Assembly (NCBI RefSeq): GCF_004010195.1
Contig: NC_057750.1
Span: 1,221,768-1,248,927 of the forward strand
Reading direction: 5' to 3'
Length of the DNA: 27,160 bases
DNA from: Chiloscyllium plagiosum
Taxonomy: Eukaryota
Shown here: piece by piece, positions 1-10,361 of the stretch
How the letters are laid out: each line of letters opens with the position of its first letter
Position numbering within the stretch: the first letter of the stretch is position 1
Translations under genes and position numbers: made by a program
The notes under the pieces: model-generated
Told to the model about the DNA's origin: nothing
Seen by the model: the letters and a program-made list of their open reading frames with translations, nothing else
Database searches by the model: none

Positions 1-124
1 AACTTGAGAAACAAGCGTTTGTCAGCCTGTCGGTTATGAGTAAGGGAATGAGATGAATTGCAAGGAACAAGCATGGGAATAATGGGCAGAAAGGCCTCGC
101 TCTGGGTGCAACGGACGGGCTGTG

Positions 125-300
125 GAAACGTTAGATTGGCTTTACTTGCATCCAGTAGAGTTTGGAACAGAAAGAGCTGGCTTGATGGAAACACGCAAGA
201 TCCTGATGTGTCTTGACAGGGGTAGGGGGTATGATGGGGAGAAGATTGTGGACACTATAAAGCAAGGGTTCACCATTTAAACCTCAGGGGTCATCCATTT
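125..300 (+). mobile_element. Highly decayed CR1-type LINE 3' ORF2 fragment
   Basis: Degenerate match to the GLFSLE..R..DLIETYKIL.GLDR...RGH..KLRG segment seen in better copies in this window (e.g. 6595-6800). Confidence 0.5.
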
Positions 301-930
301 AGAGTCATAGAGTCAAACAGCACATAAACAGACCCTTCGGCCCAACAAGTCCATGCTGTCCATAGCCTCAAACCAAACTAGTCCCACTTGCCTACTCCTG
401 GCCCATATCCCTTCAAACCTTTCCTATTCATGTCCTTATCCAAATGCCATTCAAATGTTATAACTGTACCCACATCCTCAGGAAGATCTTTTCACTCTCT
501 GTGTAAAAAGGTCTCCTCTCATGTCTCTTCCTCAACTATTTCTCCTCTCGCCTTAAAAATATGCCCCTCGTCCTGAAATCCCCCACCCTAGGAAAGGACA
601 CCTGCTGTTCACCTTATCTATGCCCCTCATTATTTTATAAACCTCTATAAGATCACCTCTCAACTTCTTATGCTCCAGTGAAAACATTCCTAGCTAACAC
701 AGCCTGTCTTTATGACTCAAGCTCTCCATTCCTGGCAACATCCTGATAAATCTCTTCTGAGCTGAAAATGTGTTGCTGGAAAAGCGCAGCAGGTCAGGCA
801 GCATCCAAGGAACAGGAGAATCAATGTTTCGGGCATAAGCCCTTCTTTAATCTCTTCTGAACCCTTTCCAGCTTAATAATATCCTTCCTGTAACTGGGCA
901 ACCAGAACGCCCCAACTCCTATCCTCAAAG
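301..930 (-). mobile_element. CR1/HER1-like LINE 3' end, 5'-truncated, interrupted by a PLE-derived insert at 761-848
   Basis: AGAGTCATAGAGTC tail at 301. The minus strand encodes FW.PSYRKDIIKLERVQKR. Similar to the copies at 6590, 10775, 15460 and 18102. Confidence 0.9.
761..848 (-). mobile_element. 88-bp Penelope-derived insert with truncated hammerhead motif and 12-bp TSD
   Basis: AATCTCTTCTGA is duplicated exactly at 749-760 and 849-860. The minus strand reads AAGAAGGGC-TTAT-GCCC-GAAACATTGATTCTCC, the same family as 13321 and 18540. Confidence 0.8.
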
Positions 931-984
931 GTCTGAGGAATGAAGGTAGAGATTGGGAGAAGTAAAGGGTTATTTTATTATCTT

Positions 985-1111
985 GCTGGGCCCAACATGT
1001 GCCTAGTTGCCCCTTGAGACCATAAGAGAAGGTGGGGTTTAGCTGACTTCTTGAACCGCTGCAGTCCATGTGCTGTAGGCTGACCCACAATGCCGTGAGG
1101 GAGGGAATTCC
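985..1111 (-). mobile_element. 3' tail fragment of L2-like LINE
   Basis: CCTAGTTGCCCCTTGAGA..AGAAGGTGG..GCAGTC..TGCTGTAGG..GGGAGGGAATTCC matches 20860-20950. Confidence 0.75.
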
Positions 1112-1215
1112 TCAAACATTTGAACATTTTGAGGCTGTGGGAGCTGGATTGTCGATAAACAAGGTATTAGATGGGAATGTGGAATAATCACATAGCCACG
1201 ATCATGTTGGATGGT

Positions 1216-1362
1216 GGGGTGGTTAGCTCAGTTGGCTGCATAGCTGATTTGTAATACAGCATGATGCCAACACTGTGGGTTCAATCCCTACACTGGCGCC
1301 CCTTGCCTGTGATGACCCTCAGGTTAAACTCACCACCAATCATCTATCTCGGGGAGAGCAGG
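1216..1362 (+). mobile_element. tRNA-derived SINE (family B)
   Basis: A-box-like TAGCTCAGTTGG and B-box-like GGTTCAATCCC. The ACCCTCAGGTTAAA core is shared with the inverted copy at 15030-15170. Confidence 0.7.
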
Positions 1363-2290
1363 AATGATGGCATGGGCTGATTGGCCTAATTCATATGTTT
1401 GAATGAATGAATAATAGATTGACACATATATCTAGGGACATACGGTAAAAAAGGTTCTCTCGTCACAATCCTGTGCCATGTTGAGGTACAAAAGGGTAAA
1501 AAGGAAGTATTTAAATAGAGTCCACCTTCATCAGCCGAGCTCCCAAACATCGACCTGCTCCAGGCCTACCTCAGCCAGGAGTTTGTAACATTCTATACAT
1601 CAGTGTCAGCACTATGATGATAAAACATGTCATTCGATAAATTAACGTCAGTCCTACAGTGGTAATGTGACTTCTGAATACCACTTTCACCTCCCTTCCT
1701 GACTTCCAAAAAGACTGAATAATGAAATTCGCATGGTGAGACTCCATTCCACATAAATCCTGCATCTTCTAACTCATTGGAAAATCTTCATTTGTTTTTT
1801 CTCCCTGATTGTATTTTTATTTTGAAAGGTTATTCCCAGAGGGAAACACCGACATCTCCGAATCATTCCCAGAGGGAAATAGCATAGATGGAGTGGCCAA
1901 GTATCACTGACCATCTTTGATCCTGAATTATCGAGATGATTGTCTCTACTATGTTCTCAAATTGGTGGGAATTCTTAGGGTCTCATGAATTTCAATCAAA
2001 GATAATTAGAATTTCCAGCAAATGTCAAGTGAGAACAATGAGAATTATCTCCACTGCACTTTTAGAGACTAAGATTTGGGAGATTATTGTTGTCTGTTGC
2101 CTATTGTCTCTGAACAAACATTCCTTTAACCCTTGGAGTGCTGGTTTCTCTCCATTACACAAGTCAAATTGTCTATTCTTTACTTGTTCTTCCTCAGCTA
2201 AAGGCTTTGACTCATGCTGGGTGCTGTTTCAGAGATTCTAGTTACATCTATGCACTGAGCTCCCAGTCGCAATGCCTCCTGCCTGATAAG

Positions 2291-2450
2291 AGTCAGAGTC
2301 ACACGTCACCAGATTATAGTTCTACATATTTATTTGAAATCACAAACCCATTTCACCACACTCAGAAAGCTTGTGATTTCAAATAAACCAGTTGGACTAT
2401 AACCTGGTGTCGTGTGACTTCTGACTTTGTCCACCCCCAGTCTAACATCA
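2291..2450. mobile_element. Inverted-repeat element, probably PLE-derived
   Basis: Imperfect ~55-bp inverted arms at 2291-2345 and 2371-2426 (TTTATTTGAAATCACAA / TTGTGATTTCAAATAAA). The loop ends in CTCAGAAAGCTT, resembling the 3' half of a hammerhead. Confidence 0.65.
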
Positions 2451-2487
2451 TGTCTGAGCTGAGATAGAGAGTGTGGAGATTGATGAC

Positions 2488-2800
2488 ATGTTGGCTCAGT
2501 AGTTAGCACTGCTCCCCCAAGAGGGACCTGGATTCAATTCCACCCTCAGGCTACTGTCTGTACGGAGTTTGCATATTCTTCCCGTGTCTGCATGGGTTTC
2601 CTCCGGGTTCGCACACACCAAAGATGTGCAGGTTAGGGTAGATTGGCCATGGGAAATTGTCTGCAGTGTGTAGGGATGTGCAGGCTAGGTGGGGAATGTA
2701 GGGTTATGGCGAGAGGTTATTCGGGGGCTGAGTTTGTGTGGGATGCTTATTGTCGGGTTGGTGAAACATGATGGGCCGAATGGCCCCTTTCCACACCACG
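2488..2800 (+). mobile_element. HE1-like V-SINE
   Basis: A box TGGCTCAGTAG and B box GATTCAATTCC. V-domain-like GTCTG..CGGAGTTTGCATATTCTTCCCGTGTCTGCATGGGTTTCCTCCGGG..AAAGATGTGCAGGTTAGG. CR1-like tail ATGGGCCGAATGGCC. Confidence 0.85.
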
Positions 2801-2988
2801 CAGATGCTATGTCAGAACTAATTCTAATCCTGTTCACATCTGAATTTCACCTGGTTACCTGGCCTTGTTCTGTGGAAAACTCTAGTGTCTGACTGAGTGG
2901 GCTGAATGGGCCTTAGCTCACAGTGGTGTGATCTTGTTGAAGAGTTAGCAGTGACCAGGCAATACCTCACACAACGGGATTGTAAGTT

Positions 2989-5905
2989 CATAGAACATAG
3001 AACATAGAAGAATACAGCGCAGTACAGGCCCTTCGGCCCTCGATGTTGCGCCGATCCAAGCCCACCTAACCTACACTAGCCCACTGTCCTCCATATGCCT
3101 ATCCAATGCCCGCTTAAATGCCCATAATGAGGGAGAGCCCACCACTGCTACTGGCAGGGCATTCCATGAACTCACGACTCGCTGAGTAAAGAACCTACCC
3201 CTAACATCTGTCCTATACCTACCCCCCCTTAATTTAAAGCTATGCCCCCTTGTAATAGCTGACTCCATACGTGGAAAAAGATTCTCACTGTCAACCCTAT
3301 CTAAACCCCTAATCATCTTGTACACATCTATCAAGTCACCCCTAAACCTTCTTTTCTCCAATGAAAACAACCCCGAAGTGCCTCAGCCTTTCCTCATACG
3401 ATCTTCCTACCATACCAGGCAACATCCTGGTAAACCTCCTCTGAACCCATTCCAGTGCCTCCACATCCTTCCTATAATATGGCGACCAAAACTGCACACA
3501 ATACTCCAAATGCGGCCGCACCAGAGTCTTATACAACTGCAACATGACCTCAGTACTCCAGAACTCAATTCCTCTACCAATAAAAGCCAGTACGCCATAT
3601 GCCTTCTTCACCGCACGTAGTGAGGAAAAGGGAGGCTTGGATTTGTGAATAGTTGTTGTTTAGTCTGCACTGTATAAGTTCGGAAACTAAATTGTTACTT
3701 GTCTTGAAATACTGGAATGTAGGAGTTCTCTGCCGCTCATGTTTCATCAGATTAAGAGACGAAGCGAGCTTTTGTGGATGTTTGATTTAATTAACATCGA
3801 GGTTCGACCTCCGTGTCGTAAATGTCCATCCACGCTCACCCCATTTCCTTGCAGTTGGTCGANNNNNNNNNNNNNNNNNNNNNNNNNNNNNNNNNNNNNN
3901 NNNNNNNNNNNNNNNNNNNNNNNNNNNNNNNNNNNNNNNNNNNNNNNNNNNNNNNNNNNNNNNNNNNNNNNNNNNNNNNNNNNNNNNNNNNNNNNNNNNN
4001 NNNNNNNNNNNNNNNNNNNNNNNNNNNNNNNNNNNNNNNNNNNNNNNNNNNNNNNNNNNNNNNNNNNNNNNNNNNNNNNNNNNNNNNNNNNNNNNNNNNN
4101 NNNNNNNNNNNNNNNNNNNNNNNNNNNNNNNNNNNNNNNNNNNNNNNNNNNNNNNNNNNNNNNNNNNNNNNNNNNNNNNNNNNNNNNNNNNNNNNNNNNN
4201 NNNNNNNNNNNNNNNNNNNNNNNNNNNNNNNNNNNNNNNNNNNNNNNNNNNNNNNNNNNNNNNNNNNNNNNNNNNNNNNNNNNNNNNNNNNNNNNNNNNN
4301 NNNNNNNNNNNNNNNNNNNNNNNNNNNNNNNNNNNNNNNNNNNNNNNNNNNNNNNNNNNNNNNNNNNNNNNNNNNNNNNNNNNNNNNNNNNNNNNNNNNN
4401 NNNNNNNNNNNNNNNNNNNNNNNNNNNNNNNNNNNNNNNNNNNNNNNNNNNNNNNNNNNNNNNNNNNNNNNNNNNNNNNNNNNNNNNNNNNNNNNNNNNN
4501 NNNNNNNNNNNNNNNNNNNNNNNNNNNNNNNNNNNNNNNNNNNNNNNNNNNNNNNNNNNNNNNNNNNNNNNNNNNNNNNNNNNNNNNNNNNNNNNNNNNN
4601 NNNNNNNNNNNNNNNNNNNNNNNNNNNNNNNNNNNNNNNNNNNNNNNNNNNNNNNNNNNNNNNNNNNNNNNNNNNNNNNNNNNNNNNNNNNNNNNNNNNN
4701 NNNNNNNNNNNNNNNNNNNNNNNNNNNNNNNNNNNNNNNNNNNNNNNNNNNNNNNNNNNNNNNNNNNNNNNNCCCGAGAATCCTAGGATAAATGCCATCA
4801 GGCCCAGGGGACTTATCTTTTTTCACCTTTTCCAGGATTTCCAACACCTCTTCTCTACATACCTCAAAGCCATCCATTCTACTTATTTGTGCCTCAGTAT
4901 TCTCATCGACAACAATGCCCTGTTCCTGAGTGAATACTGAAGTAAAGTATTCATTCAGTGTCTCCCCAATCTCTTCCGCCTCCACACGCAACTTCCCACT
5001 ACTGTCCTTGACTGGACCTATTCCTACCCTAGTCATTCTTTTATTCCTAACATACCTATAGAAAGCCTTAGGGTTTTCCCTAATCCTATCTACTATGGAC
5101 CTTTCATGTCCCCTCCTTGCTGCTTTTAGCTCTCTCTTCAGGTCCTTCCTGGCTACCCTATAACTCTCAATCGCCCCAATTGAACCTTCACGCCTCATCT
5201 TTACATAGGCCGCCCTCTTCCCTTTAACAAGGGATTCCAATTCCTTATTAAACCACGGCTCCCTCGCACGACCCTTTCCTTCCTGCCTGACAGGTACATA
5301 ATTATCAAGGACACTCAATAGTTGCCCCTTGAACAAGTTCCACATATCATTTACACTCTTGCCTTGGAGTCTACTTTTCCAAGCCACACATCCTAAGTCA
5401 TGCCTCACCGCATCATAATTTCCCTACCCCCAGCTATAACTCTTGCCCTGCAGTGCACACTTATCCCTGTCCATCACTAGAGTAAAAGTCACCGAATTGT
5501 GGTCACTGTCTCCAAAGTGCTCACCTACCTCTAATTCTAACACCTGGCCTGGTTCGTTACCCAGAACCAAATCCAGTATGGCCTCACCTCTTGTTGGCCT
5601 ATCTACATATTGTGTCAGGAAACCCTCCTGCACACATTGGACAAACACTGACTCATCTAACGAACTTGAGCTATAGCTTTCCCAATCAATATCAGGAAAG
5701 TTAAAGCCCCCATAACAACCATCTTATTACTTTCACTCTTGTCTTGAATCATCCTCGCAATCCTTTCTTCTACGTTTCTAGGATTATTAGGAGGCCTGTA
5801 AAAAACTCCTAACAGGGTGAGCTCACCTTTCCTATTCCTAACCTCAGCCCAAACTACCCCAGATGGCGAGTCTTCATCCATCGTCCTTTCCACAGCTGTA
5901 ATACT
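2989..5905 (-). mobile_element. Relatively young CR1 LINE (ORF2 APE to C-terminus), 5'-truncated, spanning the gap; defective
   Basis: (CATAGAA)n tail. APE motifs GVFYRPP, PTRGEAILDLVL and GDSDHN; RT start DKSPGPDGIYPRIL; C-terminal LVRPHLEYCVQFWSPY and FFTQRVVSSWNALP. Stop near 5424 and frameshifts near 5710 and 3370. The RT core falls in the Ns. Confidence 0.92.
3863..4772. other. Assembly gap (910 N)
   Basis: Run of N. Confidence 1.
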
Positions 5906-6164
5906 AATTATATGGTGTATCAAAGAATACAGCATGAACTTCCATTGGGTCAACATACTAACTTATCCTTATGACATCCCATCGCACTTTGTAACCAAGA
6001 GATTACCCCAGTTGCTGGGGTCATGTTGACTATTGGTTCCCAGTAAAACAGCAACCCTCTCAGCCTTGCTGTACACCCTGTCCAGTCCTTATTTCTACTC
6101 CTTATGTCTCAGGGGTGCAGATTTTAATGTTTTATAGCAAACTAGTGAGACTTTGGAAAGTTTC

Positions 6165-6560
6165 ATTGGAACAAGAATGGGCCATTCAGCCCATCGAGCA
6201 TGCCCCACCATTCAATATAATCATGGCTCATCAAACACTTCAATGCCTTTTCCCCATTCCATCCCCTCTAACCCTGTACCCTTCTGGGAATCAGAAGTCC
6301 ATCAATCTCTACCTTCAACACTGAGCTTCCCCAGCCCTCTGTAATAGAAAATTCCAAAAATTCACAACTCGCTAAGTCAAATCTTTTCTCCTCACCTCAA
6401 AATTACGTGCAATCTCCCTTACTTTTAAAATTAACCCCCTGATTTTGGATTCCCCAACCACGGAAGAAAAAACACTGTACCTGCGTCTCCCCTGTCCATC
6501 TCCTTGAGTATGTCATAGTGTTTAACTGAGATTGCCTCCTTCTTTGAAATCTAGAGAAAA
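6165..6560 (-). mobile_element. Old CR1-type LINE 3' fragment
   Basis: GGCCATTCAGCCCATCGAGC..CCACCATTCAAT..ATCATGGCT is the complement of a CR1 3' UTR, followed by decayed C-terminal coding sequence. Confidence 0.7.
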
Positions 6561-6589
6561 GAATGTATCACCTTAAAGACGTAATTTAT

Positions 6590-7030
6590 CAGGGTTGGAG
6601 GGTATGAGCTATAGGGAGAGGTTGAATAGGCTGGGGCTGTTTTCCCTGGAGAATCAGAGGCTGAGGAGTGACCTTATAGAGGTTTATAAAATCATGAGGG
6701 ACATGGATAGGATAAATAGACAAAGTCTTTTCCTGGGGTGGGGGAGTCCAGAACTAGAGGGCATAGGTTTGGGGTGAGAGGGAAAGATATAAAAGAGATC
6801 TAAGAGGCAACATTTCCACACAGAGGGTGGTGTGTGTATGGAATGAGCTGCCAGAGGAAGTGGTGGAGGCTGGTACAATTGCAACATTTAAAAGGCATCT
6901 GGATGGGTATATGAATAGGAAAGGTTTAGAGGGATATGGGCCAAGTGCTGTCAAATGGGATTAGATTAGGTTAGGATTTCTGGTCGGGTTGGAATGAAGG
7001 GTCTGTTTCCACGCTGTACATCTCTATGGC
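6590..7030 (+). mobile_element. CR1/HER1-like LINE 3' end
   Basis: EGMSYRERLNRLGLFSLENQRLRSDLIEVYKIMR; ends CTGTACATCTCTATG. Very similar to 10775-11230. Confidence 0.92.
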
Positions 7031-7067
7031 TCTTTTACTCTGAATATAAGTTGATGCTATTGTATCA

Positions 7068-7209
7068 ATTTAGATAAATACATGAATAAGAAATGTTTGC
7101 AGGATTATGGGCCAAGCGAAGGCAGGTGGGACTAGTTTAGTTTGAGATTATGGTCAGTATGGGCTGGTTGGACCGAAGGGTCTGTTTCCATGCCTGTATG
7201 ATTCTATGA
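7068..7209 (+). mobile_element. Short CR1 3' UTR fragment
   Basis: TGGGCCAAG..GGCAGGTGGGACTAG..GTTGGACCGAAGGGTCTGTTTCC..TATGATTCTATGA. Confidence 0.85.
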
Positions 7210-7861
7210 AGCATCAGACATGTGTCTCTCAAATTCATGCTCAGAGTTATCCTCTTAAACTCAAATTGGTCAATTATCAGAATCTAAAAGGCGTAATATT
7301 TAGAGGTTAGGAACTAGCATTGAAATCAGGGGATCTAATACAATCTGAAAGACATTCTAGCTCCCAAGTCATTAGAATGTAAAATAAAAACAAAAAGGTT
7401 TCAAAAATTCTCAGTGCCTGCTTTAAAATCAATTGTTTACCTTGAAATGTAAAACAGCACCAAATAGAAATGATTGCACCAAACTATTCAGAGGATAAGC
7501 CTCCTTCAGTGAGGCAAGAGGTGACTAAGACTCGTACAGAAGAGACAGCAATATCTTGACCTATTATAAATTCATCATCATCCGTGCAGCTAATTTTATC
7601 CCTTTGGAGAGGCTTAGCTTTGAGATTCTATTCTCATACTAGAGCTAGGATGGATCAGCAAAGTGATGTCTGTAATGTGGGAGCCTGTTGAGAAATCACT
7701 CTCCAAACATCAAAAGAGTATAATTACTCTCGAGAGCTGGTCGAATTTTCCTATGTTTGTGATCAATGATTCATATCACCAACAGTCTGGTTGGTAATTG
7801 GCATTCCCCAGGGTAGGGCATTGAGCTGGGCATCTACATGGCAGATGCTGAGCTCATGATT

Positions 7862-8420
7862 TTGCTCAATAATGTGGTCTATGTTGAGGAGACCAAACGT
7901 AGACTGAGTGAGGAACCTTCCCAGCAGACTTAAAGCTTCTGGTGGTCTATTGTATTAATTGCCATTTTACTCTTATGCTGACATTGCTGTCCTTGATCTA
8001 TTACCCTAACCCTAACCCTAACCCTAACCCTAACCCTAACTCTAACCCTAACCCTATGCTGACATCGCTGTCCTTGATCTGTTACCCTAACCTTAACCCT
8101 AACGCTAACCCTAACCCTAACCCTAACCTTAACCCTAACTCTACGCTAACACAAACTCTAACCCCAACTCTATAACCCTAACACTAACTATAACACTAGC
8201 TCTAACCGTAAACCTAACCCTAACTCTAACCCAACACCCTAACTCTAACCCTAACCCTAACACAAACTCTATCTCTAACCCTAACCCTAAATATCACCCT
8301 AACCCTAACACTAACTCTAACACTAACCCTAACCTTGACTTAAATTGGAGCTTCAGGAACAGAGTTGCATTTTTTTAATTAGACAATCCAGCCTACCATA
8401 TGACACATTTTGTAATAAAC
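7862..8420 (+). mobile_element. Decayed Penelope-like GIY-YIG endonuclease fragment interrupted by telomeric repeats
   Basis: Translates CS.CGL / [11 protein letters not shown] (cf. YIGETKRRL), CHF and [10 protein letters not shown] (cf. DMEVLGL at 14920-14935) before the array. Only a weak KLE..EQ..IF continuation follows it. Confidence 0.6.
8004..8334 (-). repeat. Interstitial telomeric repeat (TTAGGG)n, seen as (CCCTAA)n on +
   Basis: Perfect CCCTAA units from 8004, with variants CTCTAA, CACTAA, CCTTAA and CGCTAA increasing to the right. Confidence 0.95.
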
Positions 8421-8574
8421 GTGGTTCCTCATCTCATTTCCTTTTCTTTGCATAGATTAGAATTTGTCTTATCTTTTGCTTTCAGACAGGAGGAAATCTC
8501 TTAAATATGTTCTTGCCCCATCACAATTCTCTTTGGATTTATACTGTAGAACAGAGGATAAATCGGGACAGAAT

Positions 8575-9428
8575 GAGGGAAAATGAAAAAGATAGTATTA
8601 TAATCATGGGTGATTTTAATATTTCATGTAGATTGGAAAAAATTAAAGTGACAAAGGCAAACGAAGTGACAGAGTGTACTCAGGACAGTTTACTTGAACA
8701 ACATACTCTCGATATAACCAGGCATCCAGCTGTTTTGGAACTATTAATATGTAATGTAGCAGTTTTAATAAATGATCCCAGAATAAAAGATTCTCAAGGA
8801 AATAATAATCATAACATGATAAAACTTAGCATTCAGCTTGAGAGGGAGAAATTTGGGACAGTAACAACTGTGTTAAACTTAAATACAGCTAATTACTCAG
8901 GTGTAAGGTCAGGACTGGCTACAGTTCATCGGGATATGACTTAAGCTCAAACACAGTTCAGGAACAATGACAGATTTTTTTTTCTGAGTGAAGATATATT
9001 TCAGTGAGGAAGGATTCTAGGAAGCTGATAAATTAACTCTGGTTCACCAAGAAAATTAATGATAGTATCAAATTGGAAGAGACACATACAATATGACAAG
9101 GATTAATGGTAAGACAAAGGATTGGGCAAGTTATAAAACCCAATGAAAAAAAAACTAGCTAACAAGGAAAAACACAAAATATTGAGAGTAAACCAGCAAG
9201 TAATATCAAGATGGACAGCGTTTTTAAATATATAAAAATGAAGAGAGAGGTCAAAGTGAACAAAGGCTCCTTAGAGAAAGAGTCTGGGAAATAATAAAAG
9301 AGAACCAGGAAGTGGCAGAGAAACTGAGAAAATACTTTGCATCATCCTTCACAGGAGAAGACACTAAGAACATTTCAAAATAATCAAGGGCCAAAGGAGA
9401 GGGAGTGAACACAATAACCATCACTAGC
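8575..9428 (+). mobile_element. Old CR1 LINE ORF2, APE C-terminus and linker (part 1)
   Basis: IIIMGDFN..ECTQDSLLEQH....TR..AVLELLICN..GNNNHNMI..VLNLNTANY, followed by a decayed linker (FKYIK.KR, E.L..YFAS.FT.ED). Confidence 0.85.
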
Positions 9429-9431
9429 AGG

Positions 9432-10335
9432 GGAGGGGATGGCCTGGTGGTATTATCGCTGGACTGTGAAGCCAGGAAATGTTCTGGAAACCCTGGTACG
9501 AATCCAGCAAATGGTGGAATTTGAATTCAATAAAAATCTGGAATTAAGAATCTAATGATGACCATGAATCCATTGTTGAAAAAGGCCATTTGGTTCACTA
9601 ATGTCCTTTTGGGATGTGTGGTGATTGGAACCAGATGGATCTCATAGACTATGAATCCTTGATTGGGGTTCCTGTATCAATTAGGAAGCACTGGCTGACC
9701 GATATAACCAGGGAATACTCAATGAAAAAGTGATTCATTTGAAAGCTATCGTCTGGCAACTCCCTGAGAGGCTGATCAAGGATCAACAGGACAAGGTTTA
9801 CTGGAGACTGAGGTGGAACAGCCACTGCATAATAACCAGTGGCTTCATCTGGAGTCACAGATCATGGTGGGCCACCTCTTAAGAGTAACTGAATTACTCT
9901 GCTGTACCACCCCAAAGCCCCAATAATGTGCATTCAGTGAGAATTTGCTGTTTTACTGTGCCTGTGTGGGGTGCGTCCCTCGATGGCAAGAAAGGCCAGG
10001 CAATTGTATTTGCCGCTAGCTCGTTTTTTTTTTCTGGAATCTTCCGGCACTGGGCTGCTGCTCTGTCAGAGTTCCATTTGGGTTTTGTGTTGTGTCACTC
10101 TTTCTACTGTGATTTAGTGCTTCTAGCATCATTACACTGATAGCACGTGGTGTACAAAAAAATGTATAAGCAGGGGTTTTAGAATCTCCTCTGTTCAGGG
10201 ACTGACACTGAGCTGGCTGGGCACAGCCGCTGTACTGAGCACGTGCAAATAAAGGGTGACTTGGTGACGGGATACAAGCCTCTGGCCAGTTTTTCAGGAA
10301 GGAAACTGCCATCCTTACCTGGTCTGGCCTATGTG
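9432..10335 (+). mobile_element. tRNA-derived SINE (family A), split by an LTR-like insert
   Basis: 9432-9614 and 10297-10335 are collinear with the intact copy at 24622-24955. Confidence 0.85.
9615..10296 (+). mobile_element. TG..CA LTR-like element, 682 bp, with an unassigned interior
   Basis: Starts TGTG and ends TTTCA. Both ends resemble 17263-17498 (CTGGCTGAC..AT.TAA; CTTGGTGA.GGGA.AC..GCCTCTG). AATAAA near 10248. TSD unclear. Confidence 0.6.
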
Positions 10336-10361
10336 TGAAATCAGTAACACGGTTTACTCTC

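Noticed and set aside
1216..1300. tRNA gene
   Set aside because: A and B boxes are present but there is no clean cloverleaf, and it continues into a SINE body. The same applies at 2488, 9432 and 24622.
3739..5408. Long 320-553 aa ORFs
   Set aside because: They are open only because of the N gap; the real part is CR1 ORF2.
2989..5905. Active autonomous LINE
   Set aside because: 5'-truncated within the endonuclease, with a stop and frameshifts.
7974..8090. CRISPR-like 30-bp repeat with spacer
   Set aside because: Only two copies, the spacer is telomeric, there are no cas genes, and the context is eukaryotic.
7942..8175. (NP)n-rich ORF
   Set aside because: Translation of CCCTAA telomeric repeats.
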